Source: Candidatus Electrothrix yaqonensis (GTDB taxonomy: Bacteria; Desulfobacterota; Desulfobulbia; Desulfobulbales; Desulfobulbaceae). Taken from it: a stretch of DNA of 32,000 bases. The notes under the pieces were generated by a model that was not told where the DNA came from, made no database searches, and was given only the letters and a program-made list of their open reading frames with translations. The stretch is taken from the NCBI GenBank assembly GCA_047651235.1, contig CP178758.1:2040001-2072000 (forward strand). Direction: 5' to 3'. How positions within the stretch are numbered: position 1 is the first letter of the stretch; each line of letters opens with the position of its first letter. Positions 12,829 through 21,570 of the stretch are shown here, one piece after another. Both the position numbers and the translations under genes were made by a program.

Positions 12829-15738
12829 CTAATTATCAGAAGAGGCAACCAAGGGCGAAATTTCGATGAGGGTACTGTCGCTTTTGTCCTGATAGGTTGC
12901 TTTGATGGTTAGCTGGTAATCGGTCGGTTGTGCCTCCGGTGGTTGGTTGAGCTTGAGGGTTGCTGTCCCACCCAATATCACGATCTGTGCATTCGCCGAA
13001 TTAGGAGTAGGGGTCACTTCCCAGATCACCTTGTCTCCTAGGCTCTCGACCGTCCCATCGCTGTAGAACCCGGTGCAGTAGTAGGAGTAGCTCCCGCTGG
13101 CGGGTTCAGAATTATTCCCTCCGTAGAGCTGATTGCGCTGCGTAATCTGTAACCCGGTGAGCGTTTTCTCCGGCGCATTGACGGTGTAGCTGTAGGTGCC
13201 CGATACAGTATCCGCATTGGCCCCTAGGAGGGAGGCTGTGACAGTGACTGTACCGGAAGTCAGCGGTATGCCTATCCCTGAAGCATAGGGGACGTTGAGA
13301 AGATTCATGCTCCCGGTCGAATTACTGATACTCCAGTTGATGAGCTGCCGGACGGCATTGTAGGTACCTGTACCACCGCTATCCGTAGCTGTTGAGACTG
13401 TCTGACTCGAAGATGTCGAAGGATTGGTGAAACTCTTTGTCTTTCCTGATCCATAGCCGACTTCGAAGGATCCCCCGATGTTGATTTCATAGGTCACATT
13501 GGCATCGAACTGCATAGACCCAGCTGGCGGCGTGAAAGTTTTCGGTGAACCATCTGAGATCGGATAAGTTACCGGCTGCGCGGTTTTAGGTTCCAATATC
13601 TCAATGTTCGTCACCACCCCATACTGTGCGTACTCGCTGAGGACGAAGTTTGTTCCGGCGATGCCGTCAGGTGCTGCCGTCGCAGGATGAGATGCACCTG
13701 ATACAGCAAATGGTGTGACAGTAACGGTTGGCCCGAATGTGCGGGCGAGACAGTAGGGGTTTTTATCATCGGATTTCTTGTGATCTGTAAGGTCTCTGGT
13801 CTTCTCATAGTTCAATCGGAACTCATAATAATCATCCTTATAAATTTGATAGCCAGTTGAGCTGCTCGGATCGCCAAGCAATTCATAGTACGACATCCAC
13901 AAGTCCCCATGTTCTCCATTTTCTCCATTATCGTTGAATGCCTCAGCGTTATAAAATCCGAGGTAGGGAAGAGCGGTCGTTGTTGCGCCATAATCGGGAA
14001 CGGCGTTAAATGAATTGTGACTTATCGATTCGTCTCGGGTCGGACAATACGCAGCGCGTGCCTGTAGCGATAAGAATTCTCCGTAGGTAGGCAAGTGCCA
14101 GTCATCGTACACCACAACCGATCCGTCGGGCATAATCACCGATTCCGTAAATGACGAAGCGTTCGCATTGGCGTTATCATAGGTATCCGGCTCCCATATT
14201 TGGTCAAACCACATGACACCGTTTTCGAAGTCTGGAGTGATTCCTTCAACACTGTTGCGAAACGGCAGGAGTTGCCTCTGTGCTTTTTGGGACGCGATAT
14301 TGCTCGCAACATTTTTAAGGATCGCATTGATACCGTCCACGGGATTTTCATAGACAAGGTAGTTGTGCGCTTGTTCGGAGTAGATATTGAGGGTCGCGCT
14401 CTGTAGATAGGCAAACTGTTGATAAACCGGTAAGACTCTATCTATGACACGGTTTTGCCGCCACGGGAAGTAGAGTACATTACCGGGACAGTCTATTCCC
14501 AACTCCTGATTGAGCACAATATTTTGCACCCCGAGAATGATGCCGGTTCTGCCTGTGAGCTGTAGCTCGGCATCGTCCAGAATCGTTTGATAATCTGGTG
14601 CCTTGATGACTGCGACGAGATCGTTGATATTGGTCTGAACGGGCTGATTCAGCGGCGGCTGGGAACCGTTCTGGATAGCGGTCAGGGTTGCAGTTATACT
14701 GTTTACGAGAGTGACCTGCGCTCCTGTGGGATTGCCGTTATTGATATCAATGATAGGGAAAAACTCGGAAACCAACGATTTGATTTTTTTCTCTATCGAA
14801 TCGTCGGTGATCTCACTCTGTAGCTGTGTCAGAGACTGTTGCACAGCACTTAATTGTTCACTGATCTCCTGTAGTTGACCCGTTGTGCCGTAGTTCAGTC
14901 CTAACTGATTGGCCGCCCATCCCAAGATACCGTTCGCTACATCACCTACGACGTTACCCGTTATGCCCTGAGCCACCCCGAACAGGAACTGCCCTCCCAC
15001 GCTGGTGGGGGATGCCAGAAAAATTACAGGTGGATCGAACAGTTGGTTCATGTCAAGATTGGAAGCCGGGGTGAAACCGATACGATCGGTCGTTTCGAGA
15101 CGCACCGCTTCCACAGCATCGGAAAGTCCGGTTTCAAGGCCAGTGATCGGATGGTGGAGCTGATCTAGACTGATCAGAAATCGCCTTGGCTGCGGACTGC
15201 TGTACTGAAACTCCCGAGCAAGGGATACAATGTTGTTTTTGTAGGTGACCCAACCTTCGTTTTCCGATGCTTTACGGAAAAAAGCCAAGGAGGAAAAGAC
15301 CGGGTTGGGCTCCCTCAGGCTGATACCAAGTTGAAGGCTGTCGGGCAGAACAAGTGCCTTTTTGACCAGAGCCTCTGCCTGGGAAAGTGTCAGATCCGGC
15401 TCCGCCTGCATCACCTCGCTCGCCAGTGTACTCAACACCGAGATATGCACCTGCCGCTTCGTTGGGTCAAAATCCCGCAACTGTGCGGAAAATTGAATAC
15501 CCGAACCGGGTACCGTCGCATAAGCCCGAAAATCCTTCGGAAGGGACAGATGATCGAAAAACACTATCCCCTGCCGAGAGGTTGTCCCCCTAGCCAGTTT
15601 CTGTCCATTCAGGGACTCTATCTGGAGTGTGGCACCCTTCACATTACCACCCAGAAAAACATGCCCGACCACAGTGGCGGGGGGAGAAAGTGTCTCCTGA
15701 TTGTCGTTACTGTTACATTTTGTTCTCCTAATGTACAT
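12829..15738 (-). CDS. 969-aa multidomain protein of unknown function (adhesin/toxin-like), no signal peptide seen
   Basis: Long uninterrupted ORF with SD AGGAGA-N6-ATG. By eye it has an N-terminal beta-sandwich-like region, a Q/L-rich helical middle, a DDWHLPTYGEFLSL motif (DUF1566-like WRLPT..EL), an S/T/G-rich beta region, and a C-terminal Big_2-like segment (YYCTGFYSDGTVESLGDKVIWEV). Confidence 0.8.
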   Translation of the reverse strand: MYIRRTKCNSNDNQETLSPPATVVGHVFLGGNVKGATLQIESLNGQKLARGTTSRQGIVFFDHLSLPKDFRAYATVPGSGIQFSAQLRDFDPTKRQVHISVLSTLASEVMQAEPDLTLSQAEALVKKALVLPDSLQLGISLREPNPVFSSLAFFRKASENEGWVTYKNNIVSLAREFQYSSPQPRRFLISLDQLHHPITGLETGLSDAVEAVRLETTDRIGFTPASNLDMNQLFDPPVIFLASPTSVGGQFLFGVAQGITGNVVGDVANGILGWAANQLGLNYGTTGQLQEISEQLSAVQQSLTQLQSEITDDSIEKKIKSLVSEFFPIIDINNGNPTGAQVTLVNSITATLTAIQNGSQPPLNQPVQTNINDLVAVIKAPDYQTILDDAELQLTGRTGIILGVQNIVLNQELGIDCPGNVLYFPWRQNRVIDRVLPVYQQFAYLQSATLNIYSEQAHNYLVYENPVDGINAILKNVASNIASQKAQRQLLPFRNSVEGITPDFENGVMWFDQIWEPDTYDNANANASSFTESVIMPDGSVVVYDDWHLPTYGEFLSLQARAAYCPTRDESISHNSFNAVPDYGATTTALPYLGFYNAEAFNDNGENGEHGDLWMSYYELLGDPSSSTGYQIYKDDYYEFRLNYEKTRDLTDHKKSDDKNPYCLARTFGPTVTVTPFAVSGASHPATAAPDGIAGTNFVLSEYAQYGVVTNIEILEPKTAQPVTYPISDGSPKTFTPPAGSMQFDANVTYEINIGGSFEVGYGSGKTKSFTNPSTSSSQTVSTATDSGGTGTYNAVRQLINWSISNSTGSMNLLNVPYASGIGIPLTSGTVTVTASLLGANADTVSGTYSYTVNAPEKTLTGLQITQRNQLYGGNNSEPASGSYSYYCTGFYSDGTVESLGDKVIWEVTPTPNSANAQIVILGGTATLKLNQPPEAQPTDYQLTIKATYQDKSDSTLIEISPLVASSDN

Positions 15739-15753
15739 TTTGTTCTCCTAATG
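15714..15753 (-). repeat. Perfect 20-bp tandem duplication carrying SD+ATG at the 5' end of the 969-aa ORF
   Basis: tacattttgttctcctaatg x2 (15714-15733, 15734-15753). On the coding strand each unit is CATTAGGAGAACAAAATGTA. Confidence 0.95.
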
Positions 15754-15833
15754 ATGGCAGTGGATTTAATTCAAGTTGTGATAACATCATTCACTCATTA
15801 TATAGCAATAGGCAAAGAAACAAAAATCCAAAA

Positions 15834-18800
15834 TCATCTGATTCTCCCCTCCTCAACCCAACAATACAACACAGGCACCACAAACACTGTCAGCATCGCA
15901 ATAATCATCCCGCCAAAAGAAGGAATAGCCATAGGCACCATAATATCCGAGCCCCGCCCAGTGGAGGTCAGGATCGGAATCAGGGCCAGGATGGTGGTGG
16001 CCGAGGTCATCAGGGCCGGGCGGATGCGGCGTTGGGCACCGTGCAGGACCATGTCGCGGATGTCCTGCCGGGTTCTCTCCTTCTTATCCTTGAGGCGGGC
16101 CTTGGATTCATCCAGATAGGTGGCCATGAGCACCCCATCATCAGTGGCAATGCCAAAGAGGGCCAGGAAGCCCACCCAGATAGCTACAGAGAGGTTGATG
16201 CTCTGGACCTGAAAGAGCCTGCGCATATCAGTATCAAAGAGAGAGAAATCCAGGAACCAATCCTGACCATAGAGCCAGATCATCAGAAAGCCGCCGGACC
16301 AGGCCACCAGAATGGCGGAAAAGACCATCATGGTGGTGCCCAGGGAACGGAATTGAAGGTAGAGAATCACCATGATTACCAGCAGGGCCAGGGGCAGGAT
16401 CACCGACAGCCGTTTCTGGGCCCGGACCTGGTTCTCGTAATTACCGGCAAAGGTGTAGGAGACACCGGGCGGAATCCGCAGCTCACCGCTATCAATCTTC
16501 TCCTGAAGAAATTGGCGGGTCTGCTCCACCACATCCACTTCAGCAAAGCCCTTCTTTTTATCAAAGAGCACATAACCGGTCAGGAAGGTGTCCTCGCTCT
16601 TGATCATCTGCGGGCCGCGCACATAGCGGATATCGGCCAGCTGGTTCAGGGGGATATGCTCGCCCGTGGAGGCGGTGACCAGGATTCGCTCCAAGGCCTC
16701 CAGGGAGTCCCGCCGTTCCCGCTGATACCGCACCCGGACCGGATAGCGTTCCCGGCCTTCCACGGTCATGGTGGTCATTTTGCCGCCCACTGCCGCTGCA
16801 ATCACCTCCTGGACCTTGCCCAGCCGGATGCCGTGGCGGGAGATGGCCTCCCGGTCAATGACGATCTCCAGATAGGGCTTGCCCACCACCCGGTCGGCCA
16901 GCACGGTCAGGGGAGAAACTGAGGGAACCTGTTTGACCAGTCGTTCCAGGTCCAGGCCCACCTGCTCGATGGTCGCCAGATCAGGCCCTTTGACCTTGAT
17001 GCCCATAGGGGCGCGCATGCCGCTCTGGAGCATGACGATGCGGGCCGCAATGGGCTGGAGTTTGGGTGCCGAGGTCACACCGGGGATCTCGGCGGCCTGA
17101 ACGATCTCGTTCCAGATGTCATCAGTGTCTTCAATGCCGGGCCAGGGCTCGCGGTCCGGGTTGATGGTCGGATCAAGGGCGGTCCGCCAGAGGCGGAAGG
17201 GTCTGCCTTCAGCACCAGAGGCATCAGAAGCGGCAGGAATGAGCCGTCCCCTCTCATCCCGCTCAAAACGTCCCTGCACCAGATAGGGCATGCCGTCCCC
17301 GGCCTTGAGCAGCACGCCTGCCGGGCTGCGGCAGAAATCCTTCCGGTCCGCCCGCCAGGAAAAAAGCAGGCGATTTCCCTGTTCATCCTTCAGGTATTCG
17401 GGATGGTAATTGATAATGGTTTCAATCATGGACAGGGGCGCAGGGTCCAGCGGGGTCTCGGCCCGGCCCAGCTTGCCCACCGCCGATTCCACCTCCGGGA
17501 TGGCGGTGATCGCCCGGTCCTGAGCCGCCAAGACTTCCTGAACCTCGGTCAGCCCGGCATGGGGCATGGTGGTGGGCATGTAGAGAAAAGAACCTTCATC
17601 CAGGAAGGGCATGAACTCCCGACCCAGACCGGGAAAGCTGTGCGCCAGACTCATCATCGGCTTGGCCCGACGGATACTGTCCGGCAGCCAGCCGGTGAGC
17701 TTCGGTACACCCAGCCAGACCATGGCCCCGCCGATGACCACCAGCAAGGGGAAAATCAGAAAAATCAGCTTCCAGCGGAGAAACAGGCGCAACAGGTGCG
17801 GATAGAGCCACTGAAAAACCTGGAAAGATCCCAGCAGGCCGCCGATAAGCAGGGCGACAAAGAAGAAGTTCGCCCATGCCCCTTGCTCGATTCCCAGAGG
17901 CTGCCAGCTGCGGGCCAGCAGGACCGTGACCAGCAGAATCATGATCCAGTTTTCTATCCGGCTGAGGATAGGCAGTACCTTCGGGGGCAGGAACTGGAGG
18001 ATCAGGCGGTAAACTCCCAGGCCGAGCAGGATCAGGGCCAGGAGATGGACCTTCCAGGCCAGCACAGCCCCGGCAATGATCAGCAGGCCAGGCAGGACAA
18101 AACGGATCTTCCAGGAGGCCTTACCTGCTTTTTTGCGGCGAAAAAGACTATGGGCCAGGGGCGGCAGCACGGTCAGGGCGATGACCACCGAGGCGATCAG
18201 GGCAAAGGTCTTGGTGTAGGCCAGGGGCCTGAAGAGCTTGCCTTCGGCGGCCTGCATGGTGAAGACCGGCAGGAAGCTGACAATGGTGGTGGCCACGGCA
18301 GTGAGTACGGCACTGCCCACCTCCACCGAGGCATCGTAGATGATCCGCAGGGTGGATTCCTCGGGATTGGCCTTGTCCAGCCGGGTGAGAATATTCTCGC
18401 AGATAATGATGCCCATGTCCACGATGGTGCCGATGGCAATGGCGATGCCGGACAGGGCCACCACGTTGGCATCCACGCCAAAGACCTTCATGCCGATAAA
18501 GGCCATGAGCACGGTCAGGGGCAGGAGGGCCGAGATGAGCAGGGACGAGCGCAGGTGCATGACCGTGACCAGGATGACGATGATGGTGATCAGGATTTCC
18601 TCGCTCAGGGCGATCTTCAGAGTGTCCAGGGTTTCATGGATCAGGCCGGAACGGTCGTAGAAGGGCACAATGGTGACCTTGCTTATGGTGCCGTCGGCCA
18701 GGGTTTTGCTGGGCAGGCCCGGTGATATCTCCCGGATCTTCTCCTTGATCCGTTCAATGGCGGCCAGCGGATTATCGCCGTAGCGCACCACTGCCACGCC

Positions 18801-19745
18801 GCCCACCACCTCGCTGCCTGCCTTATCCAGCACTCCCCGCCGCAGGGCCGGGCCCAGACTCACCGTTGCCACGTCCGCTATGCGGATGGGGATATTATCC
18901 ACCGCTTTGATCACGGACTGCTCCAGATCCTTGAGGCTCTTGACAAAGCCGATGCCCCGGATCACGTACTCCACCCGGTTGATCTCAATGGTGCGCGCGC
19001 CCACATCGATATTGGACTGGCGCACCGCCGCAAAGACCTCCTCCAGGCTCACGCCCCGGTCATGGAGGGCGTCCGGGTCCACGTCGATCTGGTATTCCTT
19101 GACAAAACCGCCGATGGAGGCTACTTCTGAGATCCCGGAGGCCCCCATCAGGGCGTAGCGCACATACCAGTCCTGGATGGAGCGCAGCTCGGCCAGATCC
19201 CAGCCGCCTGCGGGTTTGCCGTCCGGGGTACGGCCCTCCAGGGTGTACCAGAAGATCTGGCCCAGACCGGTGGCATCCGGGCCCAAGGTGGGGCGAACCC
19301 CGTCTGGCAGGGTACCGGGCGGCAGGCTGGAGAGCTTTTCCAGAAGCCGGGACCGGGACCAGTAGAACTCCACCGAGTCGTCAAAGATGACATAGATGGA
19401 GGAAAAGCCGAACATGGAATAGCTGCGCACGGTCTTGACGCCCGGCAGACCGAGCAGGGACACGGTCAGGGGATAGGTGACCTGATCCTCCATGTCCTGG
19501 GGCGAACGGCCCGCCCATTTGGTGAACACGATCTGTTGGTTCTCGCCGATGTCCGGGATGGCATCCACCGGCACCGGGTCGCGAGGCAGACCGCCCAGAT
19601 TGAAATTAAAGGGGGCGACCATCAGGCCCCAGCCAGTCAGGGCCAGGAGCAGGAGGCTGACGACCATCTTGTTGAGCAGGCAGAAGCGGATGATGCCGCT
19701 GACAAAGGAGGTGGCAGGGGGGAGGTGTTGGTCTGGCGTGTTCAT
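15834..19745 (-). CDS. CusA/CzcA-family heavy-metal-type RND efflux permease, long form (1303 aa)
   Basis: Family-typical N-terminus (IIRFCLLNK..., AIPDIGENQQIVFTKWAGRSPQDMEDQVTYPL) and the 12-TM RND layout throughout. It carries an extra ~100-aa hydrophobic insert after TM6 and a ~90-aa insert in the second periplasmic loop. Confidence 0.9.
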   Translation of the reverse strand: MNTPDQHLPPATSFVSGIIRFCLLNKMVVSLLLLALTGWGLMVAPFNFNLGGLPRDPVPVDAIPDIGENQQIVFTKWAGRSPQDMEDQVTYPLTVSLLGLPGVKTVRSYSMFGFSSIYVIFDDSVEFYWSRSRLLEKLSSLPPGTLPDGVRPTLGPDATGLGQIFWYTLEGRTPDGKPAGGWDLAELRSIQDWYVRYALMGASGISEVASIGGFVKEYQIDVDPDALHDRGVSLEEVFAAVRQSNIDVGARTIEINRVEYVIRGIGFVKSLKDLEQSVIKAVDNIPIRIADVATVSLGPALRRGVLDKAGSEVVGGVAVVRYGDNPLAAIERIKEKIREISPGLPSKTLADGTISKVTIVPFYDRSGLIHETLDTLKIALSEEILITIIVILVTVMHLRSSLLISALLPLTVLMAFIGMKVFGVDANVVALSGIAIAIGTIVDMGIIICENILTRLDKANPEESTLRIIYDASVEVGSAVLTAVATTIVSFLPVFTMQAAEGKLFRPLAYTKTFALIASVVIALTVLPPLAHSLFRRKKAGKASWKIRFVLPGLLIIAGAVLAWKVHLLALILLGLGVYRLILQFLPPKVLPILSRIENWIMILLVTVLLARSWQPLGIEQGAWANFFFVALLIGGLLGSFQVFQWLYPHLLRLFLRWKLIFLIFPLLVVIGGAMVWLGVPKLTGWLPDSIRRAKPMMSLAHSFPGLGREFMPFLDEGSFLYMPTTMPHAGLTEVQEVLAAQDRAITAIPEVESAVGKLGRAETPLDPAPLSMIETIINYHPEYLKDEQGNRLLFSWRADRKDFCRSPAGVLLKAGDGMPYLVQGRFERDERGRLIPAASDASGAEGRPFRLWRTALDPTINPDREPWPGIEDTDDIWNEIVQAAEIPGVTSAPKLQPIAARIVMLQSGMRAPMGIKVKGPDLATIEQVGLDLERLVKQVPSVSPLTVLADRVVGKPYLEIVIDREAISRHGIRLGKVQEVIAAAVGGKMTTMTVEGRERYPVRVRYQRERRDSLEALERILVTASTGEHIPLNQLADIRYVRGPQMIKSEDTFLTGYVLFDKKKGFAEVDVVEQTRQFLQEKIDSGELRIPPGVSYTFAGNYENQVRAQKRLSVILPLALLVIMVILYLQFRSLGTTMMVFSAILVAWSGGFLMIWLYGQDWFLDFSLFDTDMRRLFQVQSINLSVAIWVGFLALFGIATDDGVLMATYLDESKARLKDKKERTRQDIRDMVLHGAQRRIRPALMTSATTILALIPILTSTGRGSDIMVPMAIPSFGGMIIAMLTVFVVPVLYCWVEEGRIR

Positions 19746-19962
19746 GTTCTTGCCCCAAGAGATGGGAGATAGGTGTAATGATTCATAACGATCAGTTTAG
19801 CAAGATATACAGTTCAGTATAATTTAATCCAAGTTGTGACCTGTAAAATCAACTTGCTGATTTTTCGTTCTGGCGATTTAGAAGCAGCTTTTTTATCGCG
19901 ACACAAGTATTTGATTTTCTGTTGTCAGTCGATAGGTCATGACTTGAGTTAACAGAAGGTCG

Positions 19963-21204
19963 TTACTGCTGAATCTCCAGTAATGCCCTCCGCACTGTAT
20001 CCAAAGCGGTTATCGCGGTTGTCTCCTGAATTTCTCTGCGGGAGCCGGTAAAATGATACAGAGTATCACTGACCTTATTCTGAAAAAAAAGGCCGATATA
20101 CACTGTGCCCACGGGTTTTTCCTCTGTGCCGCCGTCCGGTCCGGCAATACCGGTGACGGATATGGCGATTTTACTGCCGATCCGGTCTGCCAGGCGGGCC
20201 GCCATTGCTCTGGCTACCGGTCCGCTGACTGCTCCGTAATTACGGAGCAGATCCCGGTCCACATTGAGTACTACCTCCTTGAGATGATTGGAATAGGCAA
20301 CGACCCCGCCGGTAAACCACGCTGAACTGCCCGGTACAGCCGTGATTTTTGCGCTGATCAGGCCGCCGGTGCAGGATTCGGCTGTGGCAAGCATGAGTTT
20401 TTTTTCCTGCAGCAGTCTACCCGTTACCTCGGCCAGTGTCTCCTGATCAGTGCCGTAGAGATGTCCGCCCAAGGCCTGCCGGATATGCAGGTCGGCCTGG
20501 TCAAACAGAGTGTCGGCCTCACTGCTGCTGCCTGCTGTCGCACTCAGGCAGACCTGCACCTCACAGCCAACCGGATAATATCCGACCTGCACCTGCTGTT
20601 CCTGTTCCAGCCGGAGAAGTCGTCGGTTGATCTCGTATTCAGGCAGCCCCACGGTCCGGTATAAACGCATCCGCATGCTCCTGCGGTTGCCTTCCTTCCA
20701 GCCCGCAAGCCGGGGCAGCACCATATCCACGAGCAGCTTTCTGGCCTGCACCGGCACGCCGGGCAGAAAAAAAAGAGGCACTGCATCGTGAACCAGCAGG
20801 TGCCCGGACATCCGTTCGGCAGCATTGAGCACCTCTGCTCCTTCGGGGAGCCAAGCCAGTTTTTCCAGGGCATCATGCTGACCGTGCCATTCCTCCAGCT
20901 GCGAGCGGATCTGCTTCAGGACTTCGCTGTTCAGGGTGGCAGGCCGCTGCAGGGCTGCAGACACGGCTTCATTGGTCAGGTCATCCGTTGTCGGCCCTAA
21001 TCCGCCGGTGACAATGACGAAATCCACCCGTCGGATCGCCCGCTTCAGAGCCTCGCCGATCAGTTCCGGCGTGTCGCCGATGGTGTGCATAGCATAGATC
21101 TGATGTCCGGCAGAAAAAAGTTCTCTGGCAGCAAAAGCGCTGGTAGTGTTGGTGATCCGGCCGGAGGTCAGCTCGTCACCGATAGCAATAATTTCTCCGA
21201 TCAT
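19963..21204 (-). CDS. cinA: CinA-family protein (MoCF-binding domain plus nicotinamide-nucleotide amidase PncC domain)
   Basis: IIAIGDELTSGRITNTTSAFAA...DFVIVTGGLGPTTDDLT N-terminal domain. The C-terminal domain reads ATAESCTGGL...ISVTGIAGPDGG. Confidence 0.9.
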   Translation of the reverse strand: MIGEIIAIGDELTSGRITNTTSAFAARELFSAGHQIYAMHTIGDTPELIGEALKRAIRRVDFVIVTGGLGPTTDDLTNEAVSAALQRPATLNSEVLKQIRSQLEEWHGQHDALEKLAWLPEGAEVLNAAERMSGHLLVHDAVPLFFLPGVPVQARKLLVDMVLPRLAGWKEGNRRSMRMRLYRTVGLPEYEINRRLLRLEQEQQVQVGYYPVGCEVQVCLSATAGSSSEADTLFDQADLHIRQALGGHLYGTDQETLAEVTGRLLQEKKLMLATAESCTGGLISAKITAVPGSSAWFTGGVVAYSNHLKEVVLNVDRDLLRNYGAVSGPVARAMAARLADRIGSKIAISVTGIAGPDGGTEEKPVGTVYIGLFFQNKVSDTLYHFTGSRREIQETTAITALDTVRRALLEIQQ

Positions 21205-21570
21205 GCGTGCGTTCCTGCATTATTTTTTCCGGTCAGGAGCTATCTGTTGTATATCATGCCCAATGTAGCACAAACAGGCAGGAAAGGGAAACAGAGAAGA
21301 GCATGTCCTGCTGAACACATTCTGGAGAAAGACTACGTGGAATTTGCTGTTGACCATGAACAGCGGACAACGCTGCAGGGCGGTATGGGGAAAATGTGAC
21401 CGGTACATTCAAGTTTTTTTCAGAGCAAAACAGGCTGTTTTACGGTATAAAAAAAGCTGAGAAAGCTGAGCAACCTCCTGTTGACAACGTCGATACCAGT
21501 ACCGGCAAGACCCGGAATGATCAAAACGTGATCAGAACGCCTATCCGAATATACCGAACCGGAACCAACT

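Noticed and set aside
11233-16005. Possibility that the RND 3'-end copies are a diversity-generating retroelement template/variable repeat pair.
   Set aside because: Substitutions between copies are not restricted to adenine positions and are mostly synonymous transitions and transversions of all kinds. The region encodes a TM helix rather than a ligand-binding fold, and no reverse transcriptase is present.
16032-18725. Long plus-strand ORFs (296 aa, 440 aa and several of 60-110 aa) lying inside the RND gene.
   Set aside because: They are antisense to a strongly supported, family-typical 1303-aa RND CDS. Their translations are low-complexity (G/Q/D/H/R-rich), as expected for open antisense frames in GC-rich coding DNA.
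15764-19839. The 18-nt motif ATTTAATYCAAGTTGTGA occurs at 15764-15781 (upstream of the 969-aa gene) and at 19822-19839 (upstream of the RND gene). It was considered as a shared operator or as direct repeats flanking the RND gene.
   Set aside because: A 17/18 match in AT-rich sequence is about what chance predicts for all-against-all comparison within 32 kb (expectation of order one). No convincing promoter or dyad symmetry is associated with it. It is worth a genome-wide count only.
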